A stretch of DNA of 64,000 bases from a virus: positions 1 through 64,000 of IMG/VR virus record IMGVR_UViG_3300013232_000047. One strand, given 5' to 3'. This document shows, piece after piece, positions 1 through 8,728 of this stretch (positions are counted from its first letter, which is position 1; each line of letters starts with the position of its first letter). The notes beneath the pieces were generated by a model that was not told the DNA's origin, did no database searches, and saw only the letters and a list, made by a program, of their open reading frames with translations. The translations under genes and the position numbers were made by a program.

Positions 1-120
1 GGTGCTCTATGTGTCTTTGGCTCGCTCTTATTATTCGGTGCTCTCGTCTCAGTTGGCTCGCTCCTGCCGGTCGGTGCTCTTCGGTGCGTTGGCTCGCTTT
101 CTTTATTTGGTGCTCTCACC
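1..120. repeat. 36-nt period tandem repeat of two fixed motifs with variable spacers (truncated by window edge)
   Basis: GGTGCTCT at 1, 37, 73, 109; TTGGCTCGCT at 17, 53, 89. Confidence 0.85.
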
Positions 121-131
121 GGTTCTGGCTT

Positions 132-506
132 TTATCGCAGCGGCAGCGGTGCATAAATCTGTATTACTGACCAAGTATCATTTTCGGTCGCAGAAAATTT
201 ATGGGTGCTGCTGCCGACATATTGCCCAGATTCGGTGCGGGCCACAACAGTCGCAACCGAGTCAGGCTGGAACAAAATCATACGAAGAGGCAGGACTTGT
301 CCGACCCCCAACGGTGACGAATTGATTTTGCGACCATCTTGAAAAACGTCTAGGACATATCCGCTGTTGTTAACAATTGACCATTGGCTTCCAATCATGC
401 TGTAGCACTGGCCCTGTGGACGTTGTGGACAGCTGCAACATCCTGTTAAAATGCTAGCGAGCGTTATTACAGCTGCAGCGTATACATTTAGCTTTTTCAT
501 GTTCAT
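132..506 (-). CDS. putative lipoprotein
   Basis: MKKLNVYAAAVITLASILTG-C signal peptide with lipobox. Confidence 0.7.
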   Translation of the reverse strand: MNMKKLNVYAAAVITLASILTGCCSCPQRPQGQCYSMIGSQWSIVNNSGYVLDVFQDGRKINSSPLGVGQVLPLRMILFQPDSVATVVARTESGQYVGSSTHKFSATENDTWSVIQIYAPLPLR

Positions 507-834
507 CGAGGGGTTTGTTGGGGTTTGACAAGACAGCAATTTCCTGTTTGGTTAGCTTTGCCAGCGCGGATTTTCTGATCTGCAAGCGCTTTTGTATTTC
601 TGCGACGTTTTGGTTCCAGATATTGTCGCCGTCTGTATCGTGTGCAAGGTTCCTCCAGTAGTTTATCCAGCTGTCTCCCCACTCCTCGGGTGGATCGCCT
701 AAATTTTCTCGAAGCTTATCTGCATGTTGATCCGCTTCAGCTATTGCTTCGAGTACAGTAGTCAGAAGGTCGCCCATTCGTTTCAAACGTTGTTCAGTGT
801 TTAGTTTTGAGAAGTGATTGGGTCTCTCTTTCAT
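454..834 (-). CDS. hypothetical protein
   Basis: 126-aa ORF coupled (ATGA overlap) to upstream gene. Confidence 0.6.
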   Translation of the reverse strand: MKERPNHFSKLNTEQRLKRMGDLLTTVLEAIAEADQHADKLRENLGDPPEEWGDSWINYWRNLAHDTDGDNIWNQNVAEIQKRLQIRKSALAKLTKQEIAVLSNPNKPLDEHEKAKCIRCSCNNAR

Positions 835-1265
835 TGTTGTTCTTTCTGTTTAGTGTTCATTTGTTCGATAAAGCGTTTAGCGGCGGCTTCAGCGTCTTGA
901 GCTGTGTTCCATTTTTGGACATCATTCTCGTAGACCTCTTTGTCGTCTACATACGCGTAATAGTGGTTTCCGTAGAGCTGTTTCACGATCCTTATTGCGT
1001 TTGTTTTATCTGCATCTTTTGGCCAGCCTTTGCCGTCAATGTAGCCTCGCTTCACCAGTTCTATAGGGTGGCACACGTGGCCGGGAGGCACGATAGGTGT
1101 GTTGTTACGCATCGCGAATTGAACGTGTTCCAGTCCACCCATTTCCTCCTGCTCCCATTTGATTCTCCCGGCGATCAGCAGATTTAAGACATTCACTGTC
1201 GTCGCCAGTTCCGGTCTTTTAGCTAGAATTGCGGCTCCTTCTGCAATGAGTTGGTGTGCGTTCAT
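831..1265 (-). CDS. hypothetical protein
   Basis: 144-aa ORF, ATGA overlaps on both sides. Confidence 0.7.
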   Translation of the reverse strand: MNAHQLIAEGAAILAKRPELATTVNVLNLLIAGRIKWEQEEMGGLEHVQFAMRNNTPIVPPGHVCHPIELVKRGYIDGKGWPKDADKTNAIRIVKQLYGNHYYAYVDDKEVYENDVQKWNTAQDAEAAAKRFIEQMNTKQKEQQ

Positions 1266-1708
1266 GCTTTTACAGACGCTTGCTGTGCTTCACGTAATCG
1301 TAAGTTTTCAGCGCGATATTTGGCGCTTGCGCGTCGCTCATGGTCAGCCCGGCGGCGTGCGGCGCGTTGAATAGCTTTTGATTCCTTGCGAGCGCGGGCT
1401 TTCTCCAGCTGGAGTCGAACGGCCTTGTTGCGGAGCAGCCAGCCGTATACTGCCTTTAGCTCTACCTGAACTACCTGCCGGGTTTTGAGCGGTTTGAGGA
1501 CGAGCACGTCACCATTAATCAAACCGACAACCAACTTGCGTTTGCTATCGGGGCCGTATCCATAGCCTAGGGTATTTCGGGTGACGCGCCAGACTTCACT
1601 CGACACAGTTTTGGTAACAGGCTTACCGTGCTCATCCGTCACTAAAACGAATTTTCCGTGAACACGCTTGCGGCAGGCGATTTCTTTCTGGCGTCCTATT
1701 TCAATCAT
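1262..1708 (-). CDS. hypothetical basic protein
   Basis: 148-aa ORF directly after a sigma70-like promoter. Confidence 0.7.
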   Translation of the reverse strand: MIEIGRQKEIACRKRVHGKFVLVTDEHGKPVTKTVSSEVWRVTRNTLGYGYGPDSKRKLVVGLINGDVLVLKPLKTRQVVQVELKAVYGWLLRNKAVRLQLEKARARKESKAIQRAARRRADHERRASAKYRAENLRLREAQQASVKA

Positions 1709-1713
1709 GTGCT

Positions 1714-1750
1714 TAATGTCTACGTTTAGCTGGCGAACGTCAACTAGAAA
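1714..1750 (-). promoter_or_regulatory. sigma70-type (early) promoter
   Basis: TTTCTAG-TTGACG-N17-GACATT on minus strand; same extended -35 context as other early promoters. Confidence 0.55.
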
Positions 1751-1765
1751 TAACGCTAAATTTAT

Positions 1766-2059
1766 TTAGCGCCAGTCTATGATGGGTGGACCCACCGGAC
1801 TGATCGTGATATGCTTGCTGGTCCTGTGTGCGTCTTCGATGACTTCAAAGAGGGCGGCTGCAGGCACAACCGCAATGGTTGGCTCTGGTTCGTCTTGGCT
1901 CACGAGTGAGTAGTCTCGCACTACAAAGCTGTCACTTGAGCGGACTAAGGATACGATGTCGATTGGTTTCATCAGGTTAAGAGAACAGAACCAGAGCACT
2001 AAAGCGGTTCTTCGCACATGGGCGTCCGCAGGTGCTATTCTGTAGTGAATCTGTTTCAC
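1766..2059 (-). CDS. hypothetical protein
   Basis: 97-aa ORF in co-oriented cluster; start uncertain. Confidence 0.5.
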   Translation of the reverse strand: MKQIHYRIAPADAHVRRTALVLWFCSLNLMKPIDIVSLVRSSDSFVVRDYSLVSQDEPEPTIAVVPAAALFEVIEDAHRTSKHITISPVGPPIIDWR

Positions 2060-2092
2060 TATTTTCCATGTTACCTGTGCTCTGGTTAAATT

Positions 2093-3223
2093 TTAATCGG
2101 GCATGAGGAGTGTAGGCGGTATCGGGTCGATCCAGCGTAGCTCATGGTTGCGCCAGAAAGCGGCCTGAACCTCGGGATCTACTTTGTCCCAGTCGATGGT
2201 GCCTTCGACTTCTTTGCGAGGCAGTGATCCTGCTGGAACAAAGTTTGGATCTTTGCGTTTGCCTATGAATTGATGGGTGAAGTGTCCCGGCGTCCACTGG
2301 GTTCTTATCGTGGTGCTACGCGGCGTGCCTGTGCCTGTGTCTCCATTTCGGCGTTGAAAGACGTAATCCCAGCCGACTGTGCTTGGGTTCCAAAGTTCGT
2401 CAAGCCAGACTACGCCCTTTTTCATTTTTTTAGGCCGGGCTAAGGTGCCGTTTCGTATGACATGGGGTCGAGCTGTAAAGGCAAGCATGAGCTTTATGGC
2501 GAATATCGTCATTTTCTCTTGCAGTTCCCTTTCCTGTTCCGGTGTTGGAGCCCCTACGACTTCAGGCACTTTGAAAGGTGAAAGGCTGCGCTCGTAAACA
2601 GTGGCGTCTACGTAGTCTGCACCTTTGATAGCGCTCAGGTCTAGCGTAAGCGGCCAGCTTCCTGAATAGTCACAGGGCAGGTCTTCGGTGTAGTAGCACG
2701 GAAAGTGTAGCAGCATTCTGTCTACTTCATTAAGGATCGGACAGAATTTTGCTATTTCCCAACCTCGTTTGACGGTCCATGCGTAGTCGGCGGAGCGTGG
2801 ATACACACCTTTGGCAGACCTGCAGATAGACAGGAAGGGCACGTTTAGCTTGAAAAAGCTTTGCACGAAGTCGTTTGGTAACACAAAAAGCATTGCGTCA
2901 AGAGGCCACTTCAGTTCACTGAGCTTGAAGTCTTGCGGTAATTTAGTGTTGGCTACTGCTTGCGCGAATTCACTTCGTACAAAGTAAGTGGGTACTCCCA
3001 TCGCTGTCTGCTGGAGCGCTGTGAGGGCGCAAACTGCGTGAGGCAGCATATTCAGTTCAGGACGGTCCCACATTAAACTGCAGCTGGCGAGGTTGGCTGC
3101 GTAGTCTTTTGGGTTGGCGTACCCGTTCGGAGGTATGATCCGTTTTGGATAGCAGGAAGCCCATATGTTGGGCACGTGTTCAGCAACTAGGCTTGGAAAG
3201 TTTTTTGCAGGTGAATTTGGCAT
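2093..3223 (-). CDS. hypothetical protein
   Basis: 376-aa ORF preceded by TTGACT-N17-TAAAGT. Confidence 0.8.
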   Translation of the reverse strand: MPNSPAKNFPSLVAEHVPNIWASCYPKRIIPPNGYANPKDYAANLASCSLMWDRPELNMLPHAVCALTALQQTAMGVPTYFVRSEFAQAVANTKLPQDFKLSELKWPLDAMLFVLPNDFVQSFFKLNVPFLSICRSAKGVYPRSADYAWTVKRGWEIAKFCPILNEVDRMLLHFPCYYTEDLPCDYSGSWPLTLDLSAIKGADYVDATVYERSLSPFKVPEVVGAPTPEQERELQEKMTIFAIKLMLAFTARPHVIRNGTLARPKKMKKGVVWLDELWNPSTVGWDYVFQRRNGDTGTGTPRSTTIRTQWTPGHFTHQFIGKRKDPNFVPAGSLPRKEVEGTIDWDKVDPEVQAAFWRNHELRWIDPIPPTLLMPD

Positions 3224-3339
3224 ACGCTATTACTTGATTCGATATGAGGACTTTATTGTAAATATTGAATTCAGTCAACTTAAAAAAATTGTGTTTACAA
3301 TAAAAATTCCAAGTTATTACAGTTCAGTGAGTAGTTAAG

Positions 3340-3750
3340 GTGCGAGATATGAATGAACACACCAAAGGCCGTTACATTCTGCTGGAAGTTCCTGAATTCA
3401 AGTCAACGATTCCGGCGCATCTGCTCGGAAAGCTTTCTGATAGCGAACGCTTCATGGTAGAGACGATGAGCAAGTTGGAAAATCAATCTGACTTTTTGGT
3501 AAAAGTGGCGATGCAGAGCAATCGTGAAAATATTGACGTTGATTCTAGACTTATGGTGCTAGAAGACTGGAAGGAAAAGGCTGGAACAACTGAACCAGCC
3601 TTGGCTGACGTTGTGACAAAAGTACGCCAGCTATGGGACTGGCATCTGATGTTCTCCGGGAAGTGGGCGGCGGTTTGGGTTTTGTTTCTGCTTGTAGTGC
3701 CGATTTTGCTAAAAACGGCAATAGACATGGCCATCCGAAAGTCACCCTAA
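3340..3750 (+). CDS. membrane-anchored coiled-coil protein (holin/hemolysin-like architecture, unproven)
   Basis: C-terminal hydrophobic helix WAAVWVLFLLVVPILL; GTAGTTAAG motif upstream. Confidence 0.6.
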   Translation: MRDMNEHTKGRYILLEVPEFKSTIPAHLLGKLSDSERFMVETMSKLENQSDFLVKVAMQSNRENIDVDSRLMVLEDWKEKAGTTEPALADVVTKVRQLWDWHLMFSGKWAAVWVLFLLVVPILLKTAIDMAIRKSP

Positions 3751-3751
3751 A

Positions 3752-4108
3752 TTACTCGCTTTTCAATGCTTCAATCGTTTTTCGTTTTTGCAGGCGAAGG
3801 TAGATAGTCTGCATCGCATCTTTGTGTGCTTCAGGCAGGTTTAGTTTAGCTGTTTCTTCGAAGATATGCGTCCATTCACCGTCGGCAAGTGCGACGCCTG
3901 CAATCAGTTTTTCAACGATGGCGCGATCGTAGGGATTGTTGGCAGTGCTAATAAGCAGGAGGCAGTCTCGAAGTAAAATTTGTTGAGTCAACGCGGTGCT
4001 GAGTGTTTGGACCTGTCTCTGTAGGTCCTGAAGCAGACTAGCGTCACGAGGTATCTTAGATTCTTGTTTCATGGCTTTTAACGTATACAACCTGCTATTT
4101 TGCGTCAA
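3752..4108 (-). CDS. hypothetical protein
   Basis: 118-aa ORF coupled to upstream gene. Confidence 0.6.
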   Translation of the reverse strand: MTQNSRLYTLKAMKQESKIPRDASLLQDLQRQVQTLSTALTQQILLRDCLLLISTANNPYDRAIVEKLIAGVALADGEWTHIFEETAKLNLPEAHKDAMQTIYLRLQKRKTIEALKSE

Positions 4109-4473
4109 CCTTTAATTTTTTCTTGTTCCGGATCTTGGATCAGGATTGCGCACACGTCGCTGTAGAGACTAAAATTAGGATCGTTGGAGTCTGAACAGGC
4201 TGCCATCATCTCACAAGCTTTCCTGTAAGCTTGGCCTCCCCATTGGGCTTTCATATGGCGCACCGTTATGAGTGGTTCCCAGAGAGATGCGGCAGCTTCG
4301 GATTTGCCGGTGTCCAGAAATTGTTGCAGTCCTGTCAGGATTACCAGTGCCGACGCAGCTGCGCGAGGTCCTTCGCCGATGAGTCTTGAGAGCATGTTGG
4401 CGACTTGTTCGTTGGGACCGTTTTCAACGAGAGGAAGTAGATTTACAGAGGGTTCTGATTGGGGGGTATCCAT
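4105..4473 (-). CDS. hypothetical protein
   Basis: 122-aa ORF. Confidence 0.6.
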   Translation of the reverse strand: MDTPQSEPSVNLLPLVENGPNEQVANMLSRLIGEGPRAAASALVILTGLQQFLDTGKSEAAASLWEPLITVRHMKAQWGGQAYRKACEMMAACSDSNDPNFSLYSDVCAILIQDPEQEKIKG

Positions 4474-4477
4474 GATT

Positions 4478-4750
4478 TTAGTTTAAGTGTGAAGGGCTGT
4501 TTTTTGTATTTTTGAATCTCAAGGTAGCTTCTCCCCTGAAGATTATGCGCAGTATAAGGCGACTGAAGTGCCCGGCTAAACGAATACGGTTCCAAAACGT
4601 CTTGGCGGTGAAGCGGACGTGATGAGCTTCAGAGGTAACTTTGTGTTCAGGTGTGTCGCGCATTAAGCGGTCAGCTTCCGCCAACAGCCTGTCAGCTTCG
4701 GCGAAAACTCTGTCGAACCGTTCCCATATTACGCGGGTGCTTTTAATCAC
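4478..4750 (-). CDS. hypothetical protein
   Basis: 90-aa ORF, GTTCTT motif 12 nt upstream of GTG. Confidence 0.55.
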   Translation of the reverse strand: MIKSTRVIWERFDRVFAEADRLLAEADRLMRDTPEHKVTSEAHHVRFTAKTFWNRIRLAGHFSRLILRIIFRGEATLRFKNTKNSPSHLN

Positions 4751-4779
4751 GCAATCAAGAACTGAAAAGATACTGGTTT

Positions 4780-4815
4780 TTTCTGGTTGACTGCTTTGCT
4801 GGATCTGTTTACTTT
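4780..4815 (+). promoter_or_regulatory. sigma70-type promoter
   Basis: TTTCTGG-TTGACT(4787)-N17-TACTTT(4810). Confidence 0.65.
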
Positions 4816-4836
4816 TAGCTCAGACGTTACCTAAAA

Positions 4837-4912
4837 GCTACCGTGCCTGATTTGGTATAGGGACTCGTCTCTAAAACGAAGGATGTCGGTTCGATTCCGA
4901 CCGGTAGCACCA
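4837..4912 (+). tRNA. amber suppressor tRNA, anticodon CUA
   Basis: 76-nt cloverleaf: GCTACCG/CGGTAGC-ACCA, anticodon loop CT-CTA-AA, T-loop TTCGATT. Confidence 0.85.
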
Positions 4913-4928
4913 ATTTGCACGAATACGC

Positions 4929-6608
4929 ATGAAACTAAACTGTAAAATTGCATGGCTTAAAAAGATTAAGGAAAGAGGTGGAACTGATTTTAGCGAGCCA
5001 TTTAGATGGCGAAGCGATGATCAGTTTGCAGAAATAGACACTGAAAAGTGCAGTGATGCAGATATTGCTTTGATCAAGGAGGTAGTGAAGGAGAGTGGCG
5101 AAAGAGGCAGCCAGAGTGTGCTGCGAAAGATTGAGATGCTTCTCAAGCTTAAAGTAAACCTTACCGGTGCAAAGATTGGTTCTTTGGACATGCTGGCGCA
5201 AGCGCTTCGGGATTACATCTCTGTATCTGAACACAAGTGGCTGTTCAAAGAGCATAGCGATGGGTGCCTGATTCCATGGTACGTGTCTAGCATAGCCTAC
5301 TTCCCCTATGATAAGCGTACTGAGCAGCCTGCGCACACGCTGCTGAAGCTTGTGGCGGCCCGTCATGGCAAAAAGATTGAAGCAAGCATACGCTGGACGC
5401 CGTGCGATCTAGGCACAGACGTTGTGACCTGTCTTAAGGACGAAGGTTACTACCTCGAAACAGCAGAAGCGGTGAGTGCCTACCATGTCCAAATGGAGCA
5501 CTACAAAGCGATCCAGCCACATACTGGTAAGCAGTTTCAAGGTTGTGGTTTTGCTTTCGAAACGAATAGCTGGTCAGCACACTACAGTGTTCTTTCTTTA
5601 GAGCGTGACGGTTCGCTTGCCCGGCTGGTAATGGATGACACGGTGGATGAAAAAGGTGAACAAAAAGCATTCAGTATCGTTTCAGCGTCTTTAGCTTACT
5701 GGTCTGATCAGAACTCTGATCTTGATACTGAAACAGTGGATCACGGTGAAAAGACTGTCATTGTTCCAACGCATCCTTATGTGAACGTTTTCGATTTGGA
5801 ACGTCATAGCTACTGGAGTGTTCACACGTCAAATCTTAAGCCCTACGCGTACGACCCTACGCTGATCGACAAGCTCATTTTACCGTTGGAGCGTAAAGAC
5901 CTCATTTCAATTTTAGTTGCCGGGGCAGACGTTCAGCTGGAGGACATCGTGCGCGGTAAAACAGGCGGCATTATTGTCATCTGTACCGGTCCTCCGGGAA
6001 CCGGGAAGACCCTTAGTGCTGAGGTATTCAGCGAGTTGGTTAAGCGTCCGTTGTACCGCGTTCAGTGCTCACAACTGGGCACAAGTGAGATCGCACTAGA
6101 GAAAACGTTGAGCACAGTTCTTACGCGTTCATCTCGTTGGAATTCCATCCTGCTCATTGACGAGGCCGATGTTTACGTCCACGAGCGTGGAGAGGACATC
6201 CAACAGAATGCCATTGTAGGTGTGTTTCTGCGCCTGCTTGAGAATTACCGAGGTGTTCTGTTTATGACCAGCAATAGGGATACCATTATTGACGACGCCA
6301 TCATGTCACGAGCGACAGCGTGGATTCAGTACGACTATCCGGAACCAAAGGCACTGGTTGAAATTTGGCGCGTGCTTTCAACCAACTATGAGGTTGAGCT
6401 GAGCGCTGCTGAAATCGACGAGCTTTGTAAGGCGTTCCCCAAGATTTCGGGGAGGTCTATCAAAAATCTGCTCAGGTTAGGCCGCCTGCTTGCGCTTAAG
6501 AAAAACTGTAAGGTTGACGTAAAGTTGATTCAATACGTCAGCCAGTTCATCGAACTTGACGGCAAGCGAAAATCGAAAATTAGCAGCGCTATTGCCGTAG
6601 GGCGCTAG
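4929..6608 (+). CDS. AAA+ ATPase
   Basis: Walker A GPPGTGKT, Walker B LLIDEAD, sensor TSN, IDDAIMSR arginine finger. Confidence 0.9.
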   Translation: MKLNCKIAWLKKIKERGGTDFSEPFRWRSDDQFAEIDTEKCSDADIALIKEVVKESGERGSQSVLRKIEMLLKLKVNLTGAKIGSLDMLAQALRDYISVSEHKWLFKEHSDGCLIPWYVSSIAYFPYDKRTEQPAHTLLKLVAARHGKKIEASIRWTPCDLGTDVVTCLKDEGYYLETAEAVSAYHVQMEHYKAIQPHTGKQFQGCGFAFETNSWSAHYSVLSLERDGSLARLVMDDTVDEKGEQKAFSIVSASLAYWSDQNSDLDTETVDHGEKTVIVPTHPYVNVFDLERHSYWSVHTSNLKPYAYDPTLIDKLILPLERKDLISILVAGADVQLEDIVRGKTGGIIVICTGPPGTGKTLSAEVFSELVKRPLYRVQCSQLGTSEIALEKTLSTVLTRSSRWNSILLIDEADVYVHERGEDIQQNAIVGVFLRLLENYRGVLFMTSNRDTIIDDAIMSRATAWIQYDYPEPKALVEIWRVLSTNYEVELSAAEIDELCKAFPKISGRSIKNLLRLGRLLALKKNCKVDVKLIQYVSQFIELDGKRKSKISSAIAVGR

Positions 6609-7558
6609 TATCCGTAACCACCTGTAGACTGCATTGCAGGTAGTTCGCCGCTTGCTGTGAACGGTTTTGTTTTTCGACCTTTCCAGTTGGTTCCCATCGC
6701 ACAGGGCTCACTTTCCAGATGGAACACGCGCAGCGTGGGCAGTAACGTGCGTTGTTTACGGGGCCAGCGCAGTGCCCATACGACGTCTTCCTGTTCAGCG
6801 CTACCGTGCGTTTCTGGATAGCGAAGGTTGTACTTCTGCATGTATTCGCTGTGCCAGATCTGGAAAAATCCGATAGGGCAGTAGCCGTACTCTTTATGGA
6901 CAAGATTCGCACCGATAGGGACATCATCCGGCGTGCTTACCAGACAGCGACGGCTGAACTGAGGGTTGCGGTGATACTCTGCTTTAAAGTGGGTCCAGCG
7001 GTGGTAGGACGTGATATTGGCGCGTTCACAGCCGTAAATATGTTCACGTTGAAGTCCTGATTTATCCAGCATGTTTCGGAAGCTGAGTGGCAGGACAATA
7101 TCTGCATCCATTTGAAGCAACCATCCGGTGCAGCGTAGGCTGCTGAGGCCAATATTGATGGCCGGGCCTTTGCCAAAGGAGCGTCCGCCTTCGCTGAACA
7201 GGTCGGTTACAATGCATTCCACGCTCCATTTGAGGCAGACCTCTCTGGTTCGTTCGTCGCCATGGCTGGTGACTACTACCATGCGATCTACGTGTGGAAG
7301 GTTGTAGGGCAGTGTTTCCTCTAAGAAGTCACTGTAGTTCTCACACACGACAACGGCTTCTAAGCGCGTGTCTGTGTACTTTGACGGGAGGGTGCTGTAG
7401 CTCATATTTTTACCAGAGTGTTGTTGCGACATTGCCTTGTAGTGGATTCGGTTGTTCCATTGCCCATTTTGCGCCAATAGTAAGCAGCATTCGAGGACTC
7501 TCGCTGGTCCGTGCAATTTGGACAAAAATACCTGATTTGGAATCTGTAGCTGTTCCAA
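6605..7558 (-). CDS. glycosyltransferase family 2-like protein (true start may be downstream)
   Basis: VVVCENYSDFL..TLP, DADI (DxD) motif, GFFQIW, EQED. Confidence 0.75.
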   Translation of the reverse strand: MEQLQIPNQVFLSKLHGPARVLECCLLLAQNGQWNNRIHYKAMSQQHSGKNMSYSTLPSKYTDTRLEAVVVCENYSDFLEETLPYNLPHVDRMVVVTSHGDERTREVCLKWSVECIVTDLFSEGGRSFGKGPAINIGLSSLRCTGWLLQMDADIVLPLSFRNMLDKSGLQREHIYGCERANITSYHRWTHFKAEYHRNPQFSRRCLVSTPDDVPIGANLVHKEYGYCPIGFFQIWHSEYMQKYNLRYPETHGSAEQEDVVWALRWPRKQRTLLPTLRVFHLESEPCAMGTNWKGRKTKPFTASGELPAMQSTGGYGY

Positions 7559-7745
7559 CGGAAACGTTTTCTGATTTCAGGTGTGAGGTAAGATAGCCTG
7601 CTTCAAAAGCAGGTTTTTCCACGTTAGCCAAAGCTGCTTTGTAGAGCTTGGCCAGCACAGGCGGTGTGATTCCTGCATGGTTGCGGATGGATGATTCGAG
7701 TGCAACATGGTGCTCTGGGAGTATGAATGTATGGTGTAAAAACAT
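7410..7745 (-). CDS. hypothetical protein
   Basis: 111-aa ORF following 7749..8156. Confidence 0.5.
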   Translation of the reverse strand: MFLHHTFILPEHHVALESSIRNHAGITPPVLAKLYKAALANVEKPAFEAGYLTSHLKSENVSVGTATDSKSGIFVQIARTSESPRMLLTIGAKWAMEQPNPLQGNVATTLW

Positions 7746-7748
7746 AGG

Positions 7749-8156
7749 TTAGGTTTTTGAAAGTGTGTGCTCTAATGCTTGAAGCGATTTAGCGTGGTCT
7801 TTAAGCACGTTGTTGAAAGATTCAATGGCTGCAATCTGGTGATTGTGCCGGGCAGTAAAGTACTTTAAAATTTCTTCTTTGTGCTTCCAGAACATTGTTT
7901 CGTAGTGTTCGAGGGCTCTACACGCACAGTTGTATACGAATTCTTTATCGTCCAGATGCGCAATAAGCACAAAGTCGTTCGGATGTTCGATGAAGCTGTT
8001 TGGACTCTGTTTAGCCTTGGCCCTGAGCTGTTCCAATTCGCCGTCCTCGTAGCCGGTTCCATGTGAGGCAAAGTGTGTACAACCGCACCGACATACACCA
8101 CAGACACTGCCATAGTGGCGGAGTGAGTAGAAGAATTCGTCAGATACTTTGTTCAC
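7749..8156 (-). CDS. hypothetical Cys-rich protein
   Basis: 135-aa ORF, CGVCRCGC and CAC. Confidence 0.6.
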   Translation of the reverse strand: MNKVSDEFFYSLRHYGSVCGVCRCGCTHFASHGTGYEDGELEQLRAKAKQSPNSFIEHPNDFVLIAHLDDKEFVYNCACRALEHYETMFWKHKEEILKYFTARHNHQIAAIESFNNVLKDHAKSLQALEHTLSKT

Positions 8157-8728
8157 GTAGGTATAGAACTGAAAGCTTTAGGATAAAGTACCGTAATTTC
8201 TGTTTGTTCTTGTCCCTGCCAACACCAGAACTTCCAACAGGTGCCTCCACCCAGCATTTTGTCTTCTGCAAAAAGTGCATCTCCTACTGCTTTGCTGATG
8301 TTATCGTAATCGGGCTTGCTGCGGGCTGGATGACCGTTCAGAGCCGTTTTCTTTTTCATGCTCCATGATTCTGGCATAGGGAGTAGCGCTATGATCAGAA
8401 CACTGATCGGATCGCCGGGCGGCAGGGTGCCTGCGCATTCACGGATTTTATCGGCGTATTCTCGGTAGCGCAGGACGGCTGGTCGTTTCATCCATTTGTC
8501 GCGTTGGGTCATACGAGGTTTGCCCCGAGGTTCTCCCGGCACGATGAAGAAGTATCTATCGCAAGTGTTTACAATTGGATTTGCTGTTGGGGCTGGAGTC
8601 TTAGATTTTTCACTAAACGTTTCAATATGAGTTGACTCGCCTAGTCTTTTCTGGTTGACTAGGCCCAACAATTTGTTACGTTTTTTGTGTGCTAAAAGCT
8701 GTTCTATAGTCCAACTCATATATGTCAA
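8153..8728 (-). CDS. rusA: RusA-family Holliday junction resolvase
   Basis: VPGEPRGKPR and KPDYDNISKAVGDAL RusA signature. Confidence 0.85.
   Translation of the reverse strand: MTYMSWTIEQLLAHKKRNKLLGLVNQKRLGESTHIETFSEKSKTPAPTANPIVNTCDRYFFIVPGEPRGKPRMTQRDKWMKRPAVLRYREYADKIRECAGTLPPGDPISVLIIALLPMPESWSMKKKTALNGHPARSKPDYDNISKAVGDALFAEDKMLGGGTCWKFWCWQGQEQTEITVLYPKAFSSIPT

Noticed and set aside
1-120. CRISPR array
   Set aside because: Repeats (8-10 nt) and spacers are far too short, and there are no cas genes in the window.
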